Shown here in pieces: positions 38,201-49,681 of a DNA stretch of 64,000 nucleotides. Source of the stretch: Pocillopora damicornis (taxonomy: Eukaryota); contig NW_020845487.1 of NCBI RefSeq assembly GCF_003704095.1, positions 310,001 to 374,000 on the forward strand, given 5' to 3'. The notes under the pieces are model-generated. The model did no database searches. It saw only the letters and a program-made list of their open reading frames with translations, and was not told where the DNA came from. How positions within the stretch are numbered: the stretch's first letter is position 1; every line of letters starts with the position of its first letter. A program made the position numbers and the translations under genes.

Positions 38201-41200
38201 AAAAATAAAAAAGAATTAATCTCTCAGAAAAAAGTAAGTGAAATGAAATTTAATAATTGTGTCTTGTGAATTGGACACTGGGCCAAATGAACTGAAACTG
38301 ATAACTGTCTAGTGTCCTTTTAAATGACTGTATATTTAATACTTTGTAATGCCTTTAGAAATTCAATTTTTGAGAGATTTCATATGAGTTGTGCTGATGA
38401 AATTAAATCATGAAATGATCCTTCCTGTGATATTTCTCAACTTCCTGCAACTGAAAAAAGAGGCCAGGATTTCAGTACATGACCCTGCAATCCTAGCGCA
38501 ATGCTCAATCCAACTAATTTATCCTTATTTTCATTTCACCATCACTTTAGATTTTTGGAGAACAATAACCACCCTTCAAAGGCAATATTCCCAACCAGCC
38601 ACAATACTGTAAATAAGCATCAGCAAATTGTAAGGACAATCTAATGGTAGACTACTAATATCTTGACTTAACTCCATGAACAGGACTTTGAACACAATGC
38701 TTGACAAGTTCACTTTAAATTTATGAAAGGTATCTGATGAGTTTCTTGGCCAAGACAAAACACTGTGTCATACCAGCCACAAAATTTACTTTAGTATTTG
38801 ACAATTTTTTCATCGTAAATGCTACAACATGGATGATGCCAGAAACTTAGGTTATTTAGTCTGTATCAACTTATTGGCATTGAGAACTGGAAGAAAAATT
38901 TATAGAAAACTTACTTTTTCTATAGCTTGCAAGTGTTCCATTTGTGAATTGTGTTCATTCTTCAATGCTGTAATTGTAGCTCTGACCAACTGCAGCAGTG
39001 CACCATGTCTTTGTAAACACTTTGGCTGACCTCTAAGAAAGGGAGAAGAGTATTTACTTGCACCAAAGAGACTCAAAGTCACCTAAAGGTAGAACAGAAA
39101 TATACTGCAATCTTGAGAGTAAGTATTAAATTTATGTATAAACACAAAAGATGTAGATATACCTGAAATGTTCTGACATGGATACCAGCTGCTCTATTGT
39201 GATTTTATTCTGAACACCTTTGTTCTTTTGTATCAGTGATTCTTTAGTCAAAGCATCTTGTAACTGTCTTGACAAATCCATAAGGCTTTCCTTAGAGACA
39301 AAAATCAGGGTATATGTCAATAGCAAAAAAATATGACACATAGAAAAAAAAAACAAAGTAATACTGGTACTTATTATAAACATGAGATTTACTTCTCAAA
39401 TATGGCAAAGAATGGCTTGAGTAAAGCATTGGCAAATGATCAGATAGTGCTGAGTGGTTATAAATAACTGTTAGAACTGTTAAAATATATTTTTACATAC
39501 TTCATCATTTGTTTGTTGCTTCTCATGACAGTACATAACAATAAGGAAAACTTTTTTTATTTCTCTTTGCCTTGAAACAGAGAGGTCCAGGGTAGTCTGT
39601 GATACTCTGACACAGGTCCACACCCAAGGATGGGATCTCAAGTTCAAGGTGGCAGGAGGTGCACATATCAATGGAATAGAATAACTTATAATATATATCA
39701 GTGAAGTCTGAAAAAATAAAACATGTTTATCATGTGCAGGGCACCTTTAGTCTCTTGGTTATCATGGAGCAGAGAAGAGCCTGGGTAGAAGGATCTCGAG
39801 GATGTGCTAAGCAGCCTGGCGCCACAGTGTGTGGAGTTGAACTGAAAACAAGAAGAGTAGAAAGAATGACCTGTTCAGCCTTGTACCTATTGTATTTCTC
39901 AAATAAGTGTCCCATGTGATTTAGCACCATACACAGAAGCATGACTTCCAAAAATTTCTGTGCTCAAATAAATGCAACATACAAACAGGAGAATGAGGTC
40001 TTTCCTTGAAGATTACACGCAGGAGCTATCATGCTTGTTTAAACTCAATAATCTACCCTACCCTTGAAAAATTGATATGAAAAAAGTGAGATTACTTAAT
40101 TATATTTTACATGATAGCTACAAATCATTTTAAAAATTTGGCTGTCATTTCTAAAACATGATTTTGAAATAAAGGTAACAAGGCTGTGGGGCTAAATCAA
40201 GTAAATAACATGATATATTTCCCTTTAACTACTATTCATTTGCATGTTGAGCACATTTCATGTCATATCAAGATAACATCTTCCAACCGATAAGATTGAG
40301 TATTCTCCTCTACCCATTGCTGGTTAATGTATTTGTGAGGAGAGTGACATGATATCCTAACTCTAGTAGGAGTTAAAAGGTTAAGAGCTGAACCAATATG
40401 AACAAGAGGTTTCCTTTCATAAAAATGTGACCTTTATCATACCTGCCAGGAGAGCAAAGTGGTGACATATCTACAGCAACATCACTGGTGTGTTGTGGTA
40501 ATCTTGGCAATGACTGGATGATCCTGTCAGCAAGTGTATCAAATGTGTGGCTTGCTGCTCCTACCAGATCAAGTGTTCTGTCGACCAAAATCAGTGATCC
40601 ACGGCTGCTCAAGCTCTGACCAGTGTAAATCAAAAACAGACTGTTGTTTAATACATCAATTTCTTCTCAGACTATTACCTAAATTTAATCAAAATTCACA
40701 GACAGACCTTTTACAAAAAACAAGTACCAAGGAAAATAAAGTCCCAGACAGACATCATGCATATCATTAAGTTCAATTTAAATATAATTTTCTGTGAGCA
40801 AGGTACAGGGGAACCTTGAGTTAAGAAAATGCCAAGGGACTAGGGAAATCGGCTCATTTTATCCCAAGTCCATTATTAAATAAATACTGAAAACCTCAAT
40901 TCAAGGAATTTATGGAAAAACAACCAAATTGTTTGTTATATTGAGGGATGGTTAACAGACTTTTTTTTTTTTTGGTGTGACGTTGCACTACCAGCATTTT
41001 GAGATTGGAATGATTATGGTAAATAACATTATTTTTTAATGTCTATTTGAGGCTATAGTACACGTGCACTGTACAGGTTTGTACATAGCTACAGCACCTT
41101 GTTTTTTAAGCAAAAATAGAAGAGAACAAATTTTAGTGGAAGTCACTGGAAAACAGAGAAACAAGGCTATTATGCTGGAAATTCCTGCCTCTTACACCTT

Positions 41201-44200
41201 TAACTACAAGAAGCCTTCAAAAATGAAGAGGTTAAATTCAACTTAATAGAACTAATAAGGGACAAAGAGCATAAAGCCGATCTATAGATATATTGATAAC
41301 GTCAGTGTCAGCATTTATAGTGAGCTGTTAACTGTGAAGTTGTTTTATTTTCAAAGAATTGAAGGATATTGATTCTTGTTGGTCTGTTTTGCATTTGTCC
41401 TTCAAGGTCACGTGTTAACATTTGTGGGGTATATTATACGTTTTGACTTCTGAATTGTGTTCATCATAACAAGGATTTAGTCACATCAAGCTTCATTATT
41501 TGAGGTTCTTTCCCATACATTTTACTGTAACTTTAGGTGCGCTGAAGAGTACTGTTCATTATATAGAGGTTCACTAAATCAAGGTTCTACTATACCAATT
41601 GACTTTATGCAATGGTAGAAAGGAGGATGCTAAATTTTAGACCTGAGGATAAAAACCAAAGATAATTTTTTACAGCTGATGACATTCAAATCTTAACTGT
41701 AGGTAGGTGTTTGTCACCTAAGCCAAGTTTAATTAGAGCTTCTCATTGAAAGCAATGGGACCAATTTACAAGTGATTGGCTGATGTACCTTTCTTCTTGT
41801 TCTAGCCGCTGGTAAGTTTGCAAGTTCTGTAGCTATCACTTTGCTGAGATATCCTACTCCATAACAATCCTCACTGACTTCCAATAATTCAAACAAACTG
41901 TTCAAACCAAAGGCAAACATCTGAAACAGTGAGGTGAAGGTAAGAAATAACTAAGGATAATGTACTCAAGTCACATTTATCATTGATGGAGTGGTTGGGG
42001 TTTATCATTAGGACCTCCATATTACTCACTTACTGGATGAAGGTTACAAAATGAAATCCCATAAACTTTGATATTTTCTTTCTTTGCAGGTTTAAAGTCC
42101 CCAACAGCATTTATCTTTTATATGAAAGATGACCACAACCAAACAGATTCATTAGAGAAGTGTTGAATTTTTTTTTGAAAGTTTTACAGAAAGGGAAATT
42201 TTCACAAAGGAAACCATTGTCTAACTGACTCAACAAAGTAGAAGTTGCGCCCTGTTCCATGTTATTTTCAGATTCCTGATTATTGTCCTGCCTAATCTTA
42301 GCATTTGTGGGCATATTGCCCTTTCAATTCAAAATGCTGCAAAGACATTCATTACCTACCTTGACTTTCAATTGCAGATTATGAGGAAGAGAAGTCACCT
42401 CAAAGTCATTCAGGCTGTTAAATACTCTTTTGTCACCCTGTTAATTTCAGACAGTTTAGATAAGTTTCCAACATGTCACACACACAGTACTTAAACAAAC
42501 AGCAAAACATACATTTAATTAAAACAAAATATAGAATACTGTGTAAGATTTGTAGTTTGTCTAATACTGGTACAGGGTAAATATCTCAAGGACCATACAG
42601 CCCCATCTTCTGTTGTAGAAGAGTAGTTAAATTTAAACTGAATTCTTGATAACTCAGTCTCCAATAGAAGGGGTATTTAGATAAAAATCATACCGTACTC
42701 CTGAGAAACTTTTGTAGTCTTGGTACGTCTGATGGCAGTAGAGGAAAAAAGGTTGAAAACACAGGAGTAATAAAAAGACCAGGACAAACCACAGCAGGAA
42801 ACAGGGGCAAGTAGTGGACATCTACAGTGGCATACTGTTGTAAACAAATAGAAGTTTCTTAATATGTGGCTATTAACAAACCTGAATTTTTTGCATATTT
42901 TTATTACATATAAAAATCAGTGAAGCAAAAACCAAACAATTTTTTTTTAATTAATGAGGGTGGAAAAGGGTTCATGCATGAATTTTACAGAAAGGTGAGT
43001 AAGAACATGAACTGCAAATTTGTCTGCCAGTTTGTGAAAACTACACTTTATTAACCTCAGAAACCCTGCACACAAAAGGAGTAATTTGAAGTTTTCCCTT
43101 TTACACATATGATACATGAATTTTTCATACAAACCATGCACCTTTGCACCATCATCAATGTGTATAACAATATATTAAATGAAAAAAATTATGCTCTTCT
43201 GATCTGCTGAAACAAGAGCATTTTTTATGTAACACAAGTGCAAAGTTGTAATATGAGTGCAAGGTTGTAAAGCAAGTACAAATTACAATAGCATGCACTG
43301 TTAGAATTTTGTCTCTCTTGACTTTCTGTGTTGCTTTTGTCATGTCATTTGAGTGCAATTTGGTGTAAGTAAGCTCTTATAGATTTTTCAAAGACTATAA
43401 ATTACTCTCGCCCTTGAAATCATGTTATTACTTATACCAGGCTGCAAGCAAGAGAAAAACAAGGAAAAATTAAGCAATTTTTTCCACATTTTCAACCCTA
43501 TCCTTCCAATTACTTAAACCTACCATGTTCCCCATCCACTCTCTAAGTTTCTGTGATATTTCTCCAAATGGTGATATTTCTCCTATTTCAACATGTCTTG
43601 CAAAACAATGCACATTTTCAGGCACTGTGCAAAGGATTGTGCAGTGCTGAAAATCGCTTGATTCTACAATGGCATGAATCAAGTCCAGAGTCTCACTTTG
43701 AAGAAGAGTACCAATCACAAACACAGCTTTTGTTTCTGATTCATTTCCACCCTGAAAATAACAGGGAGAAAGGTGATTAATTTATTAACTCTTTAATTCT
43801 CATGAGTGAACAAAAGCTGACAAGTAATGAGGATAAAGAAAACTAACAACTGGGGGATTATTTGTTAATTCAAAACCAACATCATAAGAGTTGTATGGCA
43901 GACAGGAAAGAGAATTACTAATGAGATCTTTAGAAAAAAAGGTTAACGGAATATTTAGCAACAATAAGGTGAATGGAAACAAAATAGGTTAATAGGAGCA
44001 AGAGTTACGATAAACTGAAATTGATAAATTTGCCTGAAATTGGTGCATGATATATAGGTAATTAAAAAACCTACCATTTGATCAGAAATGAAGGGCCATA
44101 ATTTCAAAATCTTTTCAATCGTTATCTCACATAAAAGCACAAAGTGGTTTAAACGGGCCAAGGAGAAATTACAAAACGGAAACTTGTTGGCAAGTGTAAG

Positions 44201-44664
44201 ATTTCCATTAAAACAATTAAAGATGCTAGTATTGTTGACTTGCTAGCAAGATGAAGACAATCAAAAAAGTAATTTATGTATCGGTATCTCTTCGTTCTGA
44301 AGCTTAAGTAGTCCATAAAATTAAAATAATAAACACGCACGATCTCCGAAAATCTTTCACTCGTAATATCTCCTGTTATAACTCAATAAGCTAATGATCT
44401 TAATTGTTTCCTTTCTGGCCTTTCAATTAAGAATTTAAAAGTTAAAACAAGATATCTGTGAAAATCAAGACCAGTACTCACTCTTCCAGAAGAAATGTCG
44501 CAGACATTAAGCGCTCCTGCATCAATCAGATCTTGTAGATTACCACACCAGTGAGTCCATTCAGCTGTTCTACTATCAAGATAAACCAAGGCATTGTTGA
44601 CAACAGTCAAAAGTTTTTGCCAGACTGATGTTATTCCACGTTCAAGTGCGCTTTTGGCCGCCAT
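35217..44664 (-). CDS. SCFD2: Sec1 family domain-containing protein 2 (SM-family trafficking protein), about 16 exons
   Basis: Exon 1 (44482-44664), MAAKSALERGITSVWQKLLTVVNNALVYLDSRTAEWTHW, matches the SCFD2 N-terminus. Other exons: 43524-43751 (KAVFVIGTLL); 41789-41920 (GYLSKVIATELANLPAARTRRK); 40444-40620 (SLILVDRTLDLVGA..DTLADRIIQSLPRLPQHTSDVAVDM); about 35620-35750 (HPLLVLFIVGGITCSEV); last exon 35217-35307 (LLIGSTRL..DNLFPALH*). Some internal boundaries are approximate. Confidence 0.9.
36130..36430 (-). repeat. Degenerate SINE-like repeat in an SCFD2 intron
   Basis: Contains GAGAGAGGCATTGT..GTGTCTTGTCCAA..ACA..GGACTCAAGCC, a motif set related to 56040-56210. Confidence 0.45.
40805..41593. 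mobile_element. Non-autonomous Tc1/mariner (Tigger/pogo-like) element, about 790 bp
   Basis: Imperfect TIRs TA|CAGGGGAACCTTGAGTTAAG ... CACTAAATCAAGGTTCTACTA|TA with TA flanks. Confidence 0.5.
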
Positions 44665-44759
44665 GTTTTCATTATTTGTTTACACCAGTCCCTCTCGTCA
44701 TGCTAACCACAATCGAGATTTCGTGTTCAGGTCTCGCTCGGTATTAATGACGCACGAAA

Positions 44760-45080
44760 TGATGGACACTAAAACTTCCCGCTTCAATATACTGGCTTCG
44801 AGACTATTCAAAGAAGATGCTGGAAAAATTTTGATCGTGGGTGGCGATTTTAATTGTTCGCTGACCAAAATTAACGAGAGATTTATAGCTTCTGGCGTAA
44901 ATGCAACCCAATTTTTTAAGGACTTTACTTGATATAGAGAGTCTAGACCCGATGGAATGAGTCTTCAAAAATACAAAGTCGCCTTGACTCTCACCGGTAG
45001 ATGGACCTTTTGATTTGCTCACGAAGAAGACCAATCTGCTTCGAAAACTCCTAGAGTTGCTGTATTTTTCTAAATAATAC
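44760..45080. mobile_element. Degraded LINE (L1/Tx1-like) endonuclease fragments upstream of SCFD2
   Basis: The plus strand gives KILIVGGDFNCSLT (APE motif GDFN). The minus strand gives RSRLVFFVSKS (SRLD.F-like). Confidence 0.45.
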
Positions 45081-45959
45081 CGTGAACTTTAATTAAATTC
45101 TTTCAAATCAGAAATTATTTGGTTAGGATGAAATGTTCAAAAAAGAAGACACGCCGTTTCATTTTCAGTTTTCGTTAAAAAGCTGTCGAATTTTCGGTCA
45201 CAAAGGGATATTTCTATGCATGGTGGAGTAATTAAAGCAAAGGATTTAGTGATGGTTTCAAATGAGGCCTAAAGCTATCGTTTGAAAATAAGTTTCTTAG
45301 CTTTCGCTGATCCGCAGCATCATCGCCGTAGAAACTTATTTCTGAGACTGTTATAGAATTGTAACTATGAAGGTTTGTCTTGGCTTCTAGTTCTCGCATA
45401 ATCCCTCACGCTAACCCTAACCCGATTAGCCCCTTGTCCTAGACCGCGAAAACAAATGGCTCGCTGATTTTACTTGGAAGGGAAAGTAACCGAAAGTAAA
45501 GTGAAAAATGTTGGTTGAGCTTTAAAAAGGAGGCTCGGAGTGTCAGAATACGAAATAATTTTGAATTTTTCACTATGTTCTTGGGCAAAGAGAATGGAAG
45601 GAATTGATTAAAACGATTAGATTACATTTACTCAGGTTTATTTCACTAGAGAAAGGAAGGTGAGAGGGTTTATTTGATTCTGTTAAGGTTTTAGACTTGG
45701 TCATGCCAGCTTGCCTGAAGGCCCTAACCTCAACCAGATCCTTAATCAATTACGCCTTAGATATGACCAACTTTTTCGATGTTTCCCAAGCTCCTCGAAA
45801 TTAAATCACCTCGTATGTGGATGAGGCAATGTTAACAAAGAAAAGCCCTTTATACCTACGATATTTCCGTACTTTTAATTTTATTTTATAGAGGGCCACT
45901 GTGTCATCAGTTTTATTACTTTAGTGTGCTACTCTCTATAAATTAAGTTTTCTCTAATT

Positions 45960-46144
45960 TACTGTATCAGTATAAATTTGTGGAGTGTCAGATGATTAAT
46001 TTTGGCTTTGCCTCGATTAACTCGGAAAGGTCGGCGATCCAAGCTCTGAACATTGTTTTCTGTTAATATTCTTGGTATGCTCTCAATCATTGGCTATGGG
46101 TGCGTTGGTTGCGGAGAGATGTCCTAATAAGAATGACATCATAT
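45960..46144 (-). pseudogene. Decayed continuation of the connexin-like ORF resembling a pre-NACHT linker
   Basis: Same frame after the stop: I*CHSY*DISPQPTHP*PMIESIPRILTENNVQSLDRRPFRVNRGKAKINHLTL, then QIYTD after a frameshift (LxLxxIYT-type motif). Confidence 0.5.
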
Positions 46145-46918
46145 TCATTTCCGTCCCTTTTGCTGTGAGCGGCCTTGGGGCGAGTCGGGAATATTTAGGT
46201 GGTCAGTAAGAAACGTTTTTCTTCGCAAAAAAATGCAGAGCATTTCAATCAAAATAAGAAGCACGTAAGTTCCATTCGTTACGAGAAGAGCACGCAACCA
46301 GAAGGTCTTCTTCTTTGCCCGTGGATTGTGACACTCGAGCTCGAGTGGGATAATTCTGCGCTGATCATCTTCTCCTGTTGTTGAGCAATGAAATTTGGGG
46401 AGAATTTCGAAACGATAGAGCAACAGAGTTTGTAAGATAATAAACAATACCCCTGTGACAAGCCTTATGGAAAGTTGATAACAGTAAGCAAGAAAAAGCT
46501 TGCGTCCCATTCTTTCTTTTTCGTCGTTACGTGACTGTCTCCCTTCATCGTCGTGTGACTGTTTGCTGTTCTGTAATTGATCGACTATAGGACTCGCTAT
46601 CTGGGCGTAAACTGCACAAACAAACCCCACAAGGAAGCAATGTACAATCACGAAGCCATAGATAGGGACACTATATTCGTTATACCGCCTCTCGTACAGC
46701 TCAAAACACTTTCCCCGGTAAAGTTCGCTGTTGTCGATGTCGTCGCTGCGTTCTGGAGCCCCACTGCAGTGAAAGTCAAACCTGGATTCCCTGTGTTCGA
46801 TGTCTACAAAGACACCAGAAAGGGTTACTGCGAGTCCGAACCACAAGATAACTGCTACGTAACTTAGCAGGTTTAAGGTTTTCGGTCCTAGTATTTTTTT
46901 AAGAGCTTCAGCATCCAT
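46145..46918 (-). CDS. Intronless four-transmembrane connexin-like protein, 257 aa, resembling the N-terminal TM domain of anthozoan membrane-anchored NLRs
   Basis: Four hydrophobic helices. EL1 is ESRFDFHC...GKCFELY (connexin EQSxFxC...CYD). TM3 is RKLFLAYCYQLSIRLVTGVLFIILQTLLLY (connexin LLxTY..K..F..Q..LY). EL2 is KFHC...LECHNPRAKKKTFW (connexin YxC...VDCFxSRPTEKTxF). TM4 ends LLILIEM (connexin LNxxE). Strong start context GCGATGG. Confidence 0.8.
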   Translation of the reverse strand: MDAEALKKILGPKTLNLLSYVAVILWFGLAVTLSGVFVDIEHRESRFDFHCSGAPERSDDIDNSELYRGKCFELYERRYNEYSVPIYGFVIVHCFLVGFVCAVYAQIASPIVDQLQNSKQSHDDEGRQSRNDEKERMGRKLFLAYCYQLSIRLVTGVLFIILQTLLLYRFEILPKFHCSTTGEDDQRRIIPLELECHNPRAKKKTFWLRALLVTNGTYVLLILIEMLCIFLRRKTFLTDHLNIPDSPQGRSQQKGRK

Positions 46919-47011
46919 CGCTCCCGTTTGTTCGAGTAAGATTCTTCTTCACTCATTTGTCATCTGACGATGGTCAATAAAACGTGTGGTTTTCATATCA
47001 CCTCTGATGCA

Positions 47012-47115
47012 GGGTTTATTTAAAGACATGCTTGAATATTATTGGTCGGTAGGAAAGAGAGTTGATTCACACAGGAACCCAATGTCAGAAACCGAAACTG
47101 GAAACTGAAATGAAA
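47012..47115 (-). promoter_or_regulatory. Promoter of the connexin-like gene: TATA-like box, CCAAT and tandem ISRE/IRF sites
   Basis: On the minus strand: TTTAAATAAA (about 47014-47023), CCAAT (47041-47045) and TTTCATTTCAGTTTCCAGTTTCGGTTTC (47088-47115), which contains the canonical AGTTTCNNTTTC. Confidence 0.6.
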
Positions 47116-48418
47116 AAATAAAATAAGACACTAAAATAGATACCTGTATCTGCTGCTTGGGCAGAATTTTCGTCACTTGTTTACCTATGTTATGGTGAGT
47201 CGCTGGAGAAGACGCTTTAAATTGTTATTGAATACTGAACAAGTATTATCATATCTCGCAGTTAGTACTTGAGCAACCACCCCTGGTCATAATTCTTACA
47301 TGGGCAGTAAAAGCCATCACAAAACTTCCGAAAATGAGATGAATACTCATAAAAAGGGAAAACTGTCTGAGAATATCTAATGACAGTTCTGAAGGACTGT
47401 AGAATTCCAGCAACCGGGTTCCCCTGATTTCAGTACTTTGGAGGAAAAACCGCTTATCGACCTTTCGTTCGATAAGAGACGAAAAGTCAGTGGTATATTG
47501 TCTGTAATAGAGTACTGGCATTGTGAAGAAGCAATCTCGACAATTTACGTTTTGGATAGGATAGATCTTCGTTCACGGAAAGTCGATGTCAGTGCAACTA
47601 GCGCAGCGGGATTGAAATCTGATTGATGTTTTCATTCAAACTGGTCTTATATTTCCTTTCTAAATTTCTCGATTCTGATTAGCTGAGAGAAATGCAGATT
47701 TCAGGAAATATACTGAACTAAGAAGGAAATTTAGTGCAGGAAAAAGCCTTAGGTAATTTAATGCAAAAATAGTAAAAAAAAAAAAAAAAGAACAACATCA
47801 ACAGGGCAATCTGATTGGTTGATAAACAAAGGCACTCACAAAGAACCAATCAAACATGAGCTCTGGATGACGCAAAGTTGCAAAGCGAGATACTTTCATG
47901 ATAGATAGTATCTTCGCCAAGTTTGAGCTAAATTAGTGATTTGAACATTACCACCCCCTGCCTGGTTTTCTCGTGGATACGCTCTTGATACATTAGCATA
48001 AGACTTCAAAACCATTATGTAATGATAGTGCTACTGAAGGACATCATACAACGATGCTAGAGGAAGTCGCTGTCGCAAACGATTTCGCCTAAAGTTTGCC
48101 GGGATGTGTTTTCTGGCTTAAATAGCACAATTGACAAGGCCACTTCACTAGAGATAACGAATTATCGTTGATAAACCCCAACGGCCAAGAGAGTCGGAAC
48201 AGAATTTGAAAACCTTTTTTTTTTTTTTAAGAGAACACATATATATGATTGTTTAATTCATACTCGTAGTGAAGGTATAGAACACGTCGTTTGAAGAACA
48301 AGTTTGCTACCACATTGAAGTCACATCTAAGTTTTATTGTGTCTGATTCTACAATTAAAATGGTAGAGTTATTGTAAATATACAATTTATATATATTTAT
48401 TTGTCTTATCTGCAGTCC

Positions 48419-49681
48419 TCAAACAATAAACTGAATATAAGCTGCTGAATGAGATTCTGTGTCACATTTCGTGGCATGTTTTTCCATTTTTCGCGATCTC
48501 TTCACCCGACGTCCTTTGTTTTCTTTCTCGACAAACATAACGTGAACGGAATCGTCAAATTTGATAGCCTTGTCTTTCTTAGAATAAACAGAGCGAATCT
48601 TGGCAACCGTATTTTCTAACTCGTTTTCAATGTGGAATAGATCTCTGTTTGTGAACCCGTAAATCAACTGCCACTCCTGGTTGATTCTTTTCAGTACCTC
48701 GGGATCAATGAGCGGTCCCTTTGCACGTCTCTCTTTTCTTTTCTCGCGCAGCATTTGTCGCCGTTTCTTCCACAGTTCATGACCGTCACCTTCAGTAGCC
48801 TCCTTAACAGTGCTCGCTGAGCTCGCTGGGAGCCTATTGACTTGTGTGACAGGGCGTTTAGCGGCTGATTGCATTCTTTCTTGCGTGACACGATGGACGT
48901 AAAGAGGGGTAACGGGACCAGGTGAGAAATCCAAACGGGCGCCATTCTTCTCAACTTTGTCATTTCGAAGCCAAACATAACTTTTTGTGTGTACTGCTAC
49001 CAGTGACAATGCCAGAAGACTTCCAAAAACAGTAAATATTGTAGGAAACAGGAAATCTGGAAAAAAAATACCAAAGAACCTATTTATTTATGCATGATCA
49101 CAAGTAAAATTAGGAGCAAATATATCTTCGTTGTGAAAAAAATTTAGTAAAGATAAACTTGATGAAAACCGAAACTATAGAGCAACAGCCTCGATTGCTT
49201 TTCTTTTTAAATTTGTTTGTTTGTTGTTTTTTTCTTTTTTTCAGCAAAGCCTGTTCTCAGTGTTATACATGCTAGTGTTCTTGGCATAATCGTTCACCAT
49301 TGACAGAAACAAACGCGAAGCGCGTGGGCCATAAATTAATTGGAGTGAAAAAAGCGACGTTCCTCAACTTATAGTGCGGACTGAGAAAACAAGGTAAGTA
49401 AGGTATTTATTATATCTCTGGGTTCAAACAGAGGGGGAACGTTTAAATTCAAACGGGCCCCATAGTTAAATAAAACCCGCTAAATTGACTAATCATTGCG
49501 CACGTATTAAGATATGAAAACGATTTCTATATCTATTTAGGTTTTTCTTACCACTGGCTGTTGTCAGATGCGTCAGATACCTAGCGTGACTGGGTAGGGA
49601 GTGGCTGAACTTAGCACTCCGCTCTCCAGTGGGACTTGCCGTTGCCAACAAAAAACAGATTAAAACGATCGTAACTTTCAT
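48419..49681 (-). CDS. Uncharacterised type-I single-pass membrane protein, 255 aa; coding exons 49552-49681 and 48419-49056; UTR exon ending near 49796
   Basis: Signal peptide MKVTIVLICFLLATA. A phase-1 GTAAG donor at 49551 joins the acceptor TTTTTTCCAG at 49057 in frame. TM segment FLFPTIFTVFGSLLALSLVAV, followed by a basic cytoplasmic tail containing KAIKFDDSVHVMF. Confidence 0.7.

Noticed and set aside
45400-45520. Telomerase-RNA-like look: CTAACCCTAAC followed by CTCGCTGATTTT...AAAAATGTTGG
   Set aside because: It lacks the U-rich pseudoknot loop, the putative P3 would be mostly G-U pairs, and no CR4/5 or H/ACA domain is evident. CCCTAA runs are common in local repeats. An Infernal search would settle it.
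46145-46918. Innexin/pannexin assignment for the 4-TM protein
   Set aside because: No YYQW motif is present, the protein is too short, and the loop-2 C..R...KT pattern fits connexins better.
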